Assembly (NCBI GenBank): GCA_965243135.1 | Contig: OZ251539.1 | Location: 3,808,001 to 3,872,000, forward strand | From: Alphaproteobacteria bacterium | GTDB taxonomy: Bacteria > Pseudomonadota > Alphaproteobacteria > MPNO01 > UBA830 | Direction: 5' to 3' | Length of the DNA stretch: 64,000 nucleotides | Shown: positions 39,894 through 49,776 of the stretch, piece by piece | Layout of the letters: every line of letters starts with the position of its first letter | Position numbering within the stretch: the stretch's first letter is position 1 | Position numbers and translations under genes: made by a program | Notes under the pieces: model-generated | Seen by the model: the letters and a program-made list of their open reading frames with translations, nothing else | The model's database searches: none | Told to the model about the DNA's origin: nothing

Positions 39894-40814
39894 ATGCCCT
39901 TGCCGACTCCCGCTGCCGTTTACGCCGCCGTTCCGCCCTCCGTTCGCGGCGTCGTCCTGATGATGACGTCCGCCTTGTGCGTCGTCGGCATGAACGTCTC
40001 CGTGCGCCATGTCGCCGAGGATCTCCACCCGTTCGTCATCGGCTTCTTCCGCCACGTCATCGGCGCGGCCCTGCTGGCGCCCTTTTTCCTGAACGGCGCG
40101 CCCCTTCGCACGCGGCGATTGCCTCTGCACGCCTTGCGCGCGCTGCTCAACGTGGCCGCGATGCTCGCCTATTTTCTCGCGCTGACGCTGGTGCCGCTCG
40201 CCAAGGTCGTCGCCCTGTCGTTCTCCGCGCCGCTGGTGGCGACAGCGGGCGCGATTCTGCTTCTCGGCGAGAAGGTCACGTTGCCGCGCGCCCTCGCGCT
40301 CGCGGTCGGTTTTTCCGGCGCCCTGATCATCCTGCGGCCCTGGACCGTCGAGATCGGTCCGGGATTGGCGCTGGTGTTGTTCTCGGCCGTCCTGTGGGGA
40401 GCGACCCTGGTCGTCATCAAGCTTCTTTCCCGCACCGAAACGCCGGTGACCATCACGCTTTACGCGTCGCTGCTGCAGGTGCCCTTCGCGCTCGTCGCCG
40501 CGTTGTTCCATTGGCAATGGCCGACGCCCGGACAACTGGCGTTCATCGCCGTCGTCGCCCTGTTCGGCGCAGGCACCCAGCTCGCCCTGTCGCAAGCGTT
40601 CCGCGAAGCCGACGCGACCGTCGTGCTTCCGGCGGACTTCACCAAGCTCGTCTTCGCGGGCGTCGCCGGCTGGATCTTCTTCGCGGAGTTGCCGGAGCTC
40701 TGGGTCTGGATCGGCGGCGCCGTGGTCTTCAGCGGCGTCATGCTCAACGCCTGGCTCGACAGGAGGAACCGTCCCGTTGCGCCGACAGGCAATTCGCCCC
40801 ACACTCCCGCTTAG
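39894..40814 (+). CDS. DMT/EamA family transporter
   Basis: About 10 hydrophobic segments, LLGEKV, FFAELP..WIGG. Confidence 0.88.
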   Translation: MPLPTPAAVYAAVPPSVRGVVLMMTSALCVVGMNVSVRHVAEDLHPFVIGFFRHVIGAALLAPFFLNGAPLRTRRLPLHALRALLNVAAMLAYFLALTLVPLAKVVALSFSAPLVATAGAILLLGEKVTLPRALALAVGFSGALIILRPWTVEIGPGLALVLFSAVLWGATLVVIKLLSRTETPVTITLYASLLQVPFALVAALFHWQWPTPGQLAFIAVVALFGAGTQLALSQAFREADATVVLPADFTKLVFAGVAGWIFFAELPELWVWIGGAVVFSGVMLNAWLDRRNRPVAPTGNSPHTPA

Positions 40815-40833
40815 GAGAAGGAAGGAGTCCGGC

Positions 40834-41694
40834 ATGAAGGTCTGGCGCGACTACACGCAGGAGGAACTCGACGCCAATTACAATCAGGCGTCGCTGGTTC
40901 CCGACGTGGAGGCGTACTCGCAGAGGAACCTCGACCGCAGCGCAGAGGTCCGGGCCGCGACGGAATATGTCGCGGACGTTCCGTACGGCCCGACGCTGGA
41001 CGAGAGACTCGACATCTTCCCGGCCGAACGGAAAGGGGGCCCGGTCGCGGTGTATTGCCACGGCGGCGCCTGGACGCGGACGCGCAAGGAGCATTACTCG
41101 TTTCTGGCGCCGCCGTTCGTCGCCGCGGGCGTGACCTTTCTTGTGCTGGATTTCAGCCTCGCTCCGAAAGCCTCGCTGGACGAGATGGTTCGCCAGTGCC
41201 GCGCCGGCCTCGCTTGGGTCTGGCGCAACGCCGACGCGCGCGGCTGGGACCGGGACCGGATCCACGTGCTGGGGCACTCGTCGGGCGGGCATCTTTCGGC
41301 CATGACGCTGACGACGGACTGGGAAGGCGAGTACGGGCTGCCCGCCGATCTGATCAAGAGCGGCGCCCCGCTCAGCGGCATGTACGATCTCGAACCCGTC
41401 CGACTGAGCCACCGCAACGCCTATCTCGACCTTACCGAGAAATCGGCCCTGCGGAACAGCCCGATCCATCGCATTCCCGAGCGGGCGATCCCGATCGTGA
41501 ACGCCTGCGGCGACGGCGAACTTGCGGAGTTCCAGCGCCAGAACCGGGAATTCGCGCAAGCCTGGCGGGACGCGGGGCATCCGGTGAACGAGATCGCGAT
41601 GGAAGGCTTCAATCATTTCGAGGTCTGCATAGAAGTCGCCAATCCGGAAGGCCGGCTCTTGCCTGCGATTCTCGCCAATATCGTCCCCGGATAG
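40834..41694 (+). CDS. Alpha/beta hydrolase, arylformamidase-like
   Basis: YG..ERLDIF, HGGAW, GHSSGGHL, SGMYDLEP, NHF. Confidence 0.88.
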   Translation: MKVWRDYTQEELDANYNQASLVPDVEAYSQRNLDRSAEVRAATEYVADVPYGPTLDERLDIFPAERKGGPVAVYCHGGAWTRTRKEHYSFLAPPFVAAGVTFLVLDFSLAPKASLDEMVRQCRAGLAWVWRNADARGWDRDRIHVLGHSSGGHLSAMTLTTDWEGEYGLPADLIKSGAPLSGMYDLEPVRLSHRNAYLDLTEKSALRNSPIHRIPERAIPIVNACGDGELAEFQRQNREFAQAWRDAGHPVNEIAMEGFNHFEVCIEVANPEGRLLPAILANIVPG

Positions 41695-41779
41695 TCGCCC
41701 TGAGCAGTAACGATGTCCTCCTGGCGTCGTTCTGGCAACCCGTGACGAGAGGTCTTGCCGGAGAGACGACTCGACCAAG

Positions 41780-42665
41780 CTCCGTTATCGGATTTTGCCT
41801 ACCGTCAGCGGCAATGCGAGCGCGGTGCTTGCGCATCCGACAACCGAAGCGCCGGAGCAACGTGTCGCTCGGACGGCAAGCCGACACTCACGACATGTTC
41901 TTGACCTGCCTACTCGGCACCCGTGCCAACCCGTTTCCGACCGTCGTCTGGCACCGCCCGGAGATCGAGTCAGAAAGAGCAAAGGCGGGGCATTCGATCG
42001 TGCGTCCGCTCCGGGCGATGAGCGAGAAAACGACGAAGCGCGTCTACGCACGGGGCGAGGTCCGGCCAACCGGACTCTTGGGGCGCTGACATTCAACTTG
42101 ACGGAAATTCGGGGTCTGCGCCCGGACAGCTCGGCCCTGCCGGCGCACCAGGCTTTTCCGCGAGATGAAGCGCAAGCGGTTTCTTTCCGATACGCCGACG
42201 CCTCGGCAAGATGCGAGATCGAGCCGAATGGCTCGGAGACGCCCTTGGCCGCCGCTCCGTCTGCCTGCCGGCCGCCGACTCCCGGAAATCCAGAGGCCGC
42301 GTTGGGAGCGTATCGACCTCGATGGGCTCCGGCTCCCCGACACTAAGACCGTCGCCACCGTCGCGCATTCGGCCGATCCGGCCATCGCGGTGCTGCAACT
42401 CTCGATAGGCGGGACGGCAATGCCTCGGTCATCGCCGGGCCAGGATGCCGCCCGACCAGCCAAGCCCTAGCGGCGCATCCGGGATCTACGATATGCGAAT
42501 CCACCACGCACGCCGCACGCGAAAACTTCGCCAGCGGTGGTCCGACAAGTTGCTCGGCCATACCCGGGATACCCGGGGCACCGCTCGCTGCGGCCATATT
42601 GCCGACGATTCCGTCAAGACCGCCGACCTCACCGCCACCGCGAAAATCAACTGGATGGCATCTTG
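41780..42665 (+). pseudogene. Tyrosine recombinase/integrase, heavily degraded
   Basis: Fragments: SNVSLGRQAD (arm domain), ANRTLGAL..FNLTEIRGLRPD, MKRKRFLSD, RWERIDL..LRLPDTKT, MRIHH..R, KLLGHT..TARCGHIADDSVK. Confidence 0.7.
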
Positions 42666-42713
42666 ACAAAAGATGACGGCTAGCTTTTTTTGTACGCATG
42701 TATACGTCGTTCC

Positions 42714-42926
42714 ATGATCGGTGACGAATTTGTACGGCGAGTCCGAAGGCTTGGCAGGGAGCGGGGCATTGCGGTGCGCTTCGAATCCCGAAAAGGCAAG
42801 GGAAGCCATGGTCGCCTTTACTACGGGGACCGTTTCGCCACGGTCAAGGATCGCCGCAAAGAAATTAGCCAAGGTCTCCTCGCGGCCATGATCCGGCAAC
42901 TCGGGATATCCCGAGAAGACATCTGA
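42714..42926 (+). CDS. hicA: HicA family toxin
   Basis: GKGSHGRLYYG..TVKD..KEIS.GLL..MIRQLGI. Confidence 0.88.
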   Translation: MIGDEFVRRVRRLGRERGIAVRFESRKGKGSHGRLYYGDRFATVKDRRKEISQGLLAAMIRQLGISREDI

Positions 42927-42943
42927 GGGAACGAAAGAATCAC

Positions 42944-43384
42944 ATGACGATACAATCGATGCGGCTGGCGTATCCTGTCAGACTGAAGGCGGAGGAAGGG
43001 GGAACGGTGCTGGCGTCGTTTCCCGACATCCCGGAGGCCTTGACGGAAGGCGCTACGGAGCGGGAGGCGCTAGCGGAAGCTGAGGATTGCCTTGTCGCCG
43101 CTCTCAGCGGATACGTTGAGTGCCGCCGCGACATTCCACGGCCGTCGCCGGAGAGAGGGCGCCCACTCGTTTCGTTGCCCGCGCTAGTCGCCGCCAAGGT
43201 CGCTCTCTACCGCGCGATGCGCGATTGCGGGATCGGCAATGCTGCGCTGGCCAAGGAATTGGGAACCGTGGAGGGGACGGTCCGGCGCTTGCTCGACCTC
43301 GACCACCGGTCGCACATCGGGCAAGTCGAGGCGGCGCTTCATGTCTTGGGACAGCGCTTGGTGGTGGCGACACGGGCTGCATAG
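42944..43384 (+). CDS. hicB: HicB family antitoxin
   Basis: YPVRL..ASFPDIPEALTEGAT..EAL..AEDCL; C-terminal HTH. Confidence 0.9.
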   Translation: MTIQSMRLAYPVRLKAEEGGTVLASFPDIPEALTEGATEREALAEAEDCLVAALSGYVECRRDIPRPSPERGRPLVSLPALVAAKVALYRAMRDCGIGNAALAKELGTVEGTVRRLLDLDHRSHIGQVEAALHVLGQRLVVATRAA

Positions 43385-43389
43385 TGATC

Positions 43390-43430
43390 CCGAAGCGTGC
43401 GCTTGCCCCGCTTCGGTCATGATCTTTATT
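43390..43430 (+). terminator. Hairpin after hicB
   Basis: CCGAAGCG...CGCTTCGG inverted repeat followed by a T-rich stretch. Confidence 0.4.
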
Positions 43431-43436
43431 AGCAGA

Positions 43437-44230
43437 GTAGAGTCGAGGACTGGCGCGTTAGCGTTAGGGTCCGGTGGATGTTTCGTCGCTTTCGCTCCGG
43501 GCCTCAGTCCGGCTTCCGTGGCCACGTGTCCCCGCTCTCCGAACCAGACGTGCGGATCTCCCGCGCCTCCAGCCATGCGTCTCGCCCACGGATGATTTGG
43601 CAGCGTTCCCGGAACGGCCGGTCTTCCGGACCCGGGAGTTGCACCGTCTCCCATTTCCGCCTGTTCCCGCTTTCCGTCGCCGAGCCTGTTTACGCCTCGA
43701 CGGTCCCGGCCTCTCGACCGGGTTCCTTCGCTTCTGCATGCGGCGCTTCCGGGATCTCCGACATGTGGCCGGTTGTTAGGCATAGCCCCTTCTCCCTTGC
43801 GGCACCCTTCCTCGCGCCCCTTTCCTCCGCCGACGTTACCCGGCTTCTCCGGTACTACGGGCCTCTCCGCCACCCGCCGGCCTGCCCCTCGCGGGGTTCC
43901 GGTTGACTCGTGCGCGTCACCGACAGGGTTTCCCGTGTTGCTGCTTCCTTCATCTTCCATGCGTGCCGACACCCCGGCGGAAACGGTCGGTGCTTTTGTC
44001 GTTCTCTTCCCGACCGTCGGCCGCTTTCCCCTGGTTTCCAGAGAGTCAGCTTCCTCATGGCATGTTTCGAGGCCTGGTTTACTCGCGTTTCGGCCCGCAT
44101 GTTCGCTGAGCGGCCTTCGCCGCCCTTTTTCCAGAGTGCTTCAGCCTACGCTCCGTAAGCCGCCCCGGCTGACCGGAACGACAGTTGTTGAGTCGCACCC
44201 ACCAGAAGAAAGCGCCTTTCCACGGCGCAC
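43437..44230 (-). mobile_element. Group II intron with the RT ORF internally deleted (about 794 nt)
   Basis: 5' GTGCGCCGTGGAAAGGCGC; degenerate domain V GCGCGGGAGATCCGCACGTCTGGTTCGGAGAGCGGG; 3' end CTCGACTCTAC; CGGAGAGGCCCGTAGTACCGGAGAAGCCGGGTAAC and GGAGGAAAGGGGC domain II/III-type motifs. Confidence 0.82.
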
Positions 44231-44289
44231 GGAAACAATCAAGCAATGAAGCAGAAACTTACCCCAACATGTATCGATCTTCGTACTCG

Positions 44290-44470
44290 GCGTGAACGGT
44301 CATCGCGAACTTCTCAAGCTGCTTGAAGGTAAGCTAGAAATCGCCGCTCTCCCATTCACGGTATTTTGGGAACTTGCGAACCAGCGAAGCGACAACCGCG
44401 CCGACGCGCTCGCATTCCCGACGCAGCAGTTCCTGCTTGACGTCGACGCGAAAAGTTATCGCCGCTCCCA
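44290..44470 (-). pseudogene. N-terminal HTH fragment of an XRE-ImmA/IrrE family protein
   Basis: RVDVKQELLRRECERVG..SLVRKFPKYREWESGDF*LTFKQLEKFA. Confidence 0.5.
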
Positions 44471-44729
44471 TGCCTAGAAATGCTGCAACCTGTCGTGCGG
44501 TTGCTCGTCATAGTGCCACCCTTCGTGAAAAGTCTCGAAGAAATGGATGCGCTACCATTCGTCGAGACCGTAGATGCCGGCGACACGGCATCAAGTTCAT
44601 GGATCATATCTTGCCAACCTATGCCGCCGACGGGTCCATTGGAGAGGTCCATGGATCTAGCCAAAATGGCGGCGCGTTCATCCGGAAAGGTGAAGCGTCC
44701 GGCAAGCTCAACGACTCGCCATTCTCCAA

Positions 44730-46592
44730 CTAACCGCAGCGACGACCGTGGCACTCCTTGATGGGACCGTGATTATCTATCTGATACTGCGTACGACCAC
44801 AGTACACACAGGTTTCGTAGTACATTTGTTCCTCACGCTGTATATTGGTAGATTCCCTTGATCTTTTTTCGAGGAAATTTGGTCTCCAAATACTCACCAA
44901 GTCGCCCGGTATCAATCGCCAATCTTCGTCCATCGAGATATTGGACCGTAACGTAACCTTGAACTTGAACGAATCAGTCATTGTATGTTGAGTTTCACTT
45001 TTGGAATTCTTTTTTTTTGAGCCCGATTGGACGAATTTATTGTCGTATCTCGCTTCAGAATCCCTACCATTCACATTTGACAAATTCAGACAGAAATCAA
45101 GATTGTGTATCTCGGTTTCAACCATTTCTCGCCGACCTTTAGAGATCAACCTTATATGTGCCACATAGTCATGGTCAATTTGGATTTCACATTCTAGGCG
45201 TTCCAGAAAAGGACGTGCCTTCGGGTCGACAGGTAAATTAAGAGAGGCAAGCTTTACCCTCTCATCATTTTCCTGTAAAAGTCCGACTTTGCGTGGTTTA
45301 GCGAACTCAAACACCGCGGATCCGTCTCGCGGATCAATACAAAAGAAGCGTTTGCTGCAAACAGGAATAATTTCATTCTCCACAGGTAGGATTTGGGTTG
45401 TGTCGACCAAGGGCAAACAACTGCCACGTCCGATTCCGTCAGATACCAATACCTCAAGCGGCTTCGCCAAGGTAAGCCTTAATCCGTCGTGGGCAATCCA
45501 AGCAGCTCCTTCCGCGATTATCCTGTCACGATTGGAAAGGTCAGGTACGCGAGTACCAAATCGTTCGACCAATCCATTCCAAATTGCCGGCATGTTCACC
45601 ATCCCACCGGTTGCTATGCAGAGCTCAATATCGCTACGATCAAGAAGCGCTTCCTCAAGAAGCTGATCAATTTTGGAAAGACCTCGTTGGACCAAGTCCT
45701 CGGAAAGAAGTTCAAGTTCATTTCTTGTTATGTCCACGGAAAGATTTCGTTCAGGACCACTACTACGGAGATAGTCTTTAGCGATTACCGTAAAGAGGTC
45801 TTCGCTCGAAAGAGCTATCTTCGCTTGCTCGCATTGTGTTAACAGTTTGGCCGACGAACCTGGCTGCTCAAGAGCGTTAACGTCCTTAATACCATACGGC
45901 TCTGTGTGTTTGTTCCTAATTTGATTACGAAGCCGCTCGTCAAATCGATCCCCGCCTATTTCATTATTCCCTAGATTAGCAATTTGCATAATGGTTCCTC
46001 CCAATACCCGGCAAACGGTCAGGTCAAGGGTGCCGCCGCCCCAATCAAAGACAAGAACGACCTTGTTCTCCAGTCTAGAAAGTTCTTGACTGAAGTTTGG
46101 TTTCGAACGCACGTAAGCGTACAGTGCTGCCGCGGGTTCTTGGACGAACTGAAGCACACCAATTCCTGCTTTTCTAGCGGCAGCACGCAAGGCGCGACGT
46201 TGAGGTCCGGCGAAATCTACCGGGATAGTCATTACGGCACGCGAAATTTCGTATCCATCCGTATCTCGATCAGCCGCATTTCTCCGAATATATGAAAGAA
46301 CTTCCGCAACAATATCAATCGGGTCAACAGCTTTGCCGAGAATATGTACCGCCCCTTCCCTTCGCAAACTCATTTTTGGGGAGCGGACGAAGCCATGCGC
46401 GGCGTCGGTTTCCAACGATTGAAGATGCCCTTTCGCCTCCCGCCCAACAATTATCTCGGCACCCCGGTACCAAACGACTGAAGGATGTGGTTTGTCGTCT
46501 TCATCGGTCAGAGTCTGAACCTCATCTCCGATAACGAACGCCGCAAGACTGTTGGTCGTGCCGAAATCCACCCCAAAGGTCAAGTCACTCAT
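44730..46592 (-). CDS. Atypical Hsp70-family protein with a Cys-rich C-terminal tail
   Basis: GVDFGTTNS, PSVV, AVMTIPVDF, EPAAA, VFDWGGGTLD, IGGDRFD, CEQAKIALS, TGG..NMP; C-terminus CVYC...ECHGRRC. Confidence 0.9.
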   Translation of the reverse strand: MSDLTFGVDFGTTNSLAAFVIGDEVQTLTDEDDKPHPSVVWYRGAEIIVGREAKGHLQSLETDAAHGFVRSPKMSLRREGAVHILGKAVDPIDIVAEVLSYIRRNAADRDTDGYEISRAVMTIPVDFAGPQRRALRAAARKAGIGVLQFVQEPAAALYAYVRSKPNFSQELSRLENKVVLVFDWGGGTLDLTVCRVLGGTIMQIANLGNNEIGGDRFDERLRNQIRNKHTEPYGIKDVNALEQPGSSAKLLTQCEQAKIALSSEDLFTVIAKDYLRSSGPERNLSVDITRNELELLSEDLVQRGLSKIDQLLEEALLDRSDIELCIATGGMVNMPAIWNGLVERFGTRVPDLSNRDRIIAEGAAWIAHDGLRLTLAKPLEVLVSDGIGRGSCLPLVDTTQILPVENEIIPVCSKRFFCIDPRDGSAVFEFAKPRKVGLLQENDERVKLASLNLPVDPKARPFLERLECEIQIDHDYVAHIRLISKGRREMVETEIHNLDFCLNLSNVNGRDSEARYDNKFVQSGSKKKNSKSETQHTMTDSFKFKVTLRSNISMDEDWRLIPGDLVSIWRPNFLEKRSRESTNIQREEQMYYETCVYCGRTQYQIDNHGPIKECHGRRCG

Positions 46593-47637
46593 TCGGTTTC
46601 TCCAATCGAGACCGTACCGCCTTCATGGCCATATTAATACGTTGAACAGCTGCCGTTGCATTGGGCGGTATAAACTCCAGTGCATCTAACGCATCGGAAA
46701 GCGGCGGCTTTAATCGATCTTCCAAGAAGCCTCGAAATTGCCCGTTTCGTGTTCTTTCATCGAGCTCCCGCAATTTTTTTTGTTCATCCAATTGTTTTTC
46801 AACCTTGCAGAGTTGATCGGAGAGACGGATTCGTTCTCTTTTCGCAATTTCCAAATCGCTAGTGGTCGCGTTCAGTTTCATCTCCATAAGATTCATATCT
46901 TCTCCGAGCTTCGATAACTGGGCGAAAGTTTGCCGCGCATCCTTTGTTTTCTCCTCGACAATAGCCTCAAAATAATTGGCAATCAACGCCAGATCATGGA
47001 GGTGATTTAATTTAGCAATTTTGACTAGCCGAACTGTGGCAGCATGGACGCCAGTATTCGTTACTGGCGCTTTTTTAGATTTAATTTTTCTCACAGATAA
47101 AAGTGCATCATCAGGTTTCAAATTACGCTCATCCACCAGCCAATTCAGAGCGAGACGCAAGAAGTTTTGCGCTTTTGTTCGACGGGCTTTATCTTTATCA
47201 GAAAGGTGTTCAGAAAGCGTCTGTACGATCCGGCCGAATAACTCATTAGGAGACATATCCTCGTTCGATGACGCGCCCGGCATATAGTGATCTAGCGAAA
47301 TCTTTGTTGCTCTCGCAATCCATTTGTTGATTGGATCCGGTCCCTTTCCCACAAGCGACACAGTTCGAACTAATGTTGGATCAGCGACTTCAAGTTCTTG
47401 GATAGCTTTCGACATGTCATCCGCATCGAAGATCTTGATCTTCGCTTTCCGCACGCATTTACAGAAGGCCAACGGCTTAATCCGAGGATCGGAGTAGTAT
47501 AGAGAAATCTGAGGTTCTATGGGGATCTCCCTCTGTTCATCTCCGTTGACGTTTGGTTTCATGGCGTTCATACTCTTTCGACTAAGATCATTCTGCAGCT
47601 GGACGTCAGGTTCAGTCTCTTCGGTTGGCATCGTCAA
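46585..47637 (-). CDS. Hypothetical protein with a C-terminal coiled coil
   Basis: 350 aa, overlapping both neighbours; heptad-like charged helices (LSKLGEDMNLMEMKLN..LEIAKRERIRLSDQL). Confidence 0.75.
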   Translation of the reverse strand: MTMPTEETEPDVQLQNDLSRKSMNAMKPNVNGDEQREIPIEPQISLYYSDPRIKPLAFCKCVRKAKIKIFDADDMSKAIQELEVADPTLVRTVSLVGKGPDPINKWIARATKISLDHYMPGASSNEDMSPNELFGRIVQTLSEHLSDKDKARRTKAQNFLRLALNWLVDERNLKPDDALLSVRKIKSKKAPVTNTGVHAATVRLVKIAKLNHLHDLALIANYFEAIVEEKTKDARQTFAQLSKLGEDMNLMEMKLNATTSDLEIAKRERIRLSDQLCKVEKQLDEQKKLRELDERTRNGQFRGFLEDRLKPPLSDALDALEFIPPNATAAVQRINMAMKAVRSRLEKPNE

Positions 47638-48818
47638 AGCTCCTCTATATCCTCAAGGCAACTGGTTGCCCATTCCCCGAACGGATATGTCGAACTCAAT
47701 AGCCTTAACGGATCGATAGCATCCGCAGCAACATCCAATCGCAGACTCGTCGACGCCCAAAGTGCATATATTTTCAAGCGATCGCTCATCGTCAGTGTCG
47801 TTTCATTGGCGTATTTATTGCACTTTTCCCGTAATGCCGTTTCCCATCTCGTCGAGGAACCGAGTTGCACGAAAAAATCAAGAATATGATCTGTTGCTTC
47901 ATCAATCGGGCAGATTGGGATTACCCCCTCAACTCCGAAGTGCAACGCAGGCGGGCGGATCAAAATTTTTGATGACTTATCGGGATCTACTTTCGAGGCT
48001 TCAGCCTCGTTTCTAAGCAGTGCAGCGAGCATTGAATTACACCAATCAAGCCTCCTAAAACCCGAGCGCGATTCGACAGCGCTAAAATCATTGAAGGTAA
48101 ACCGCACAACTGCGCTGATCACCATGGCTAACGGCCGCGTAAAATCCTTCAATCCGTCAAGCGCTTTACCATAAAGGCTGTCAGCCTCGGAAGGCGGCAA
48201 GGTGACGCCAGTCACCTGATCCTTCACGAGCACAGCTCGGACATACGATCCTAATGCGTCGGCGTAATCTCGAACGACGCCGTGGCAACGGCTATCCTTT
48301 AAAAATGCAGCGACCTGTTGCATGCTGGGTTCGTCGTGCGTCAAGTGTTCCTTGAACGCTAGGTCGACTTCGTCCAAAGACGTTTTGTCGGGTATCCGAA
48401 GCTCAAAATAATATTGTTGATAAACTGGGCTTGCCACATTATCGAAACGATTGGCAAGTTGAATTTTGATATTTGCATCTGTCTTTTGGGACAGTAGTTT
48501 CGGAACATCGTGCGGAGACACTTCTTTCTTCGCCAACCCATTAACTTCGATATACGCTGTTGAACTGTTCTTTATGCCAATCTGCGCAGCTGCCAACGGC
48601 TGGGTAAACCTCGAAGATTGATCCGGTTCCCGTCCGCTAACCATTAATATTGGTCGTTCACCCACATGTTTCAAAGATAAATGGTCATTCAGAGAACGCT
48701 GGTCATCAAAGCGTTCACCGCAAAACGGACACGGTAGAAGCTGTTTCCCCGGTGTCAAAGGTAACGGTAGCGGCGAAGAACGAAGCATGTCGTCTTCATA
48801 GTATGAAGCGAATCCCAA
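47634..48818 (-). CDS. Hypothetical protein with an N-terminal C2H2 zinc finger
   Basis: CPFCGERFDDQRSLNDHLSLKH fits C-x2-C-x3-F-x5-L-x2-H-x4-H; TTG start with GGAG RBS. Confidence 0.8.
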   Translation of the reverse strand: MGFASYYEDDMLRSSPLPLPLTPGKQLLPCPFCGERFDDQRSLNDHLSLKHVGERPILMVSGREPDQSSRFTQPLAAAQIGIKNSSTAYIEVNGLAKKEVSPHDVPKLLSQKTDANIKIQLANRFDNVASPVYQQYYFELRIPDKTSLDEVDLAFKEHLTHDEPSMQQVAAFLKDSRCHGVVRDYADALGSYVRAVLVKDQVTGVTLPPSEADSLYGKALDGLKDFTRPLAMVISAVVRFTFNDFSAVESRSGFRRLDWCNSMLAALLRNEAEASKVDPDKSSKILIRPPALHFGVEGVIPICPIDEATDHILDFFVQLGSSTRWETALREKCNKYANETTLTMSDRLKIYALWASTSLRLDVAADAIDPLRLLSSTYPFGEWATSCLEDIEEL

Positions 48819-49407
48819 GTGCTTATCACTCCAATCAATCTACGGAATTGGCTAGCTACACAGAGCTTCAGAACAGCGCGGCATGACCAAATCAATAGTT
48901 CGTTTTGAATGGCTCAGAAAGTTGCGGTTCACTGAGAGCCCTTGACCGCTCGGAAAGCCGCAACAAGCGGACTGAAGCCCGCTCAGCCGAAGTATATGCA
49001 CAAAACTTCGCTCGGCGCAAGTCATCAAAGGTGATGGCGAGGTCCTTTGACCGGATTTCTCAGACGCGGTCGTTTGCGGCAGGGGCGGAGTCTGGGCGGA
49101 TGGACATCGTAACGGCCCTTCCGCGATACGCCGAACTAAATGACTTCAGGTGCGGATTTATCGATAACGTTGCCTCTGTCAGCGGCTCAGACCGCAGTAT
49201 TGCCGGCCGTCAAGAGAAGTCGTCGGAAAGAAGATAGCCGGCGTCGGCGATGGTCGGGCCTTGCTGGTTTTCGGTTCCGGGGCGTCTGGCACCGGGACGG
49301 AGCGCCTGCGGGACCCCTGCCCGACGAGAGGTTTACAGGAAGGCGCACAGCCGAAAAAGAAAAACGCACGGCTTGACGCCAAGCAATACGTGTACTATAT
49401 ACGACAC

Positions 49408-49761
49408 ATGACGCACTTCGGCGATACGGCCCGCGAAATCCGCGAACGCCTTCGCGGCGACGATCGGCGCTATTCGCTCCGCCAGGTCGCGGGACGGGTC
49501 GGAATCGAACCGGCCTATCTGAGCAAGATCGAGCGCGGCGACGTGGCGCCTCCGTCGGAAGCCACGACAAGGCGACTGGCGGAGGAACTCGATCAGGACC
49601 CGGATGTGTTCCTGGCGCTGGCGGGAAAGGTGTCCCGCGATCTGCAGGACATCATTCGCAAGCGGCCGGAACTTTTCGCGGAGCTGATCCGGCAGCTGAA
49701 GGACGCGCCGGACAGCGCAATCCTCCGCGTGGTGCGCGAGGTGCGGGACGGCGAATGGTGA
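49408..49761 (+). CDS. XRE-family HTH transcriptional regulator
   Basis: SLRQVAGRVGIEPAYLSKIERG..PPSE. Confidence 0.88.
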   Translation: MTHFGDTAREIRERLRGDDRRYSLRQVAGRVGIEPAYLSKIERGDVAPPSEATTRRLAEELDQDPDVFLALAGKVSRDLQDIIRKRPELFAELIRQLKDAPDSAILRVVREVRDGEW

Positions 49762-49776
49762 AAGGGAGAAATTGCC

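Noticed and set aside
38220-40835. 871-aa extended substrate-binding protein
   Set aside because: The N-terminal 362 aa are the antisense shadow of the DMT gene; the real start is 39749, with RBS and Tat motif.
29884-44230. Diversity-generating retroelement explaining the AAA paralog variation
   Set aside because: Differences are not adenine-specific, and the only RT-related element is an RT-deleted group II intron.
48950-49220. Possible DUF262-like gene remnant
   Set aside because: Too short and degenerate to call.
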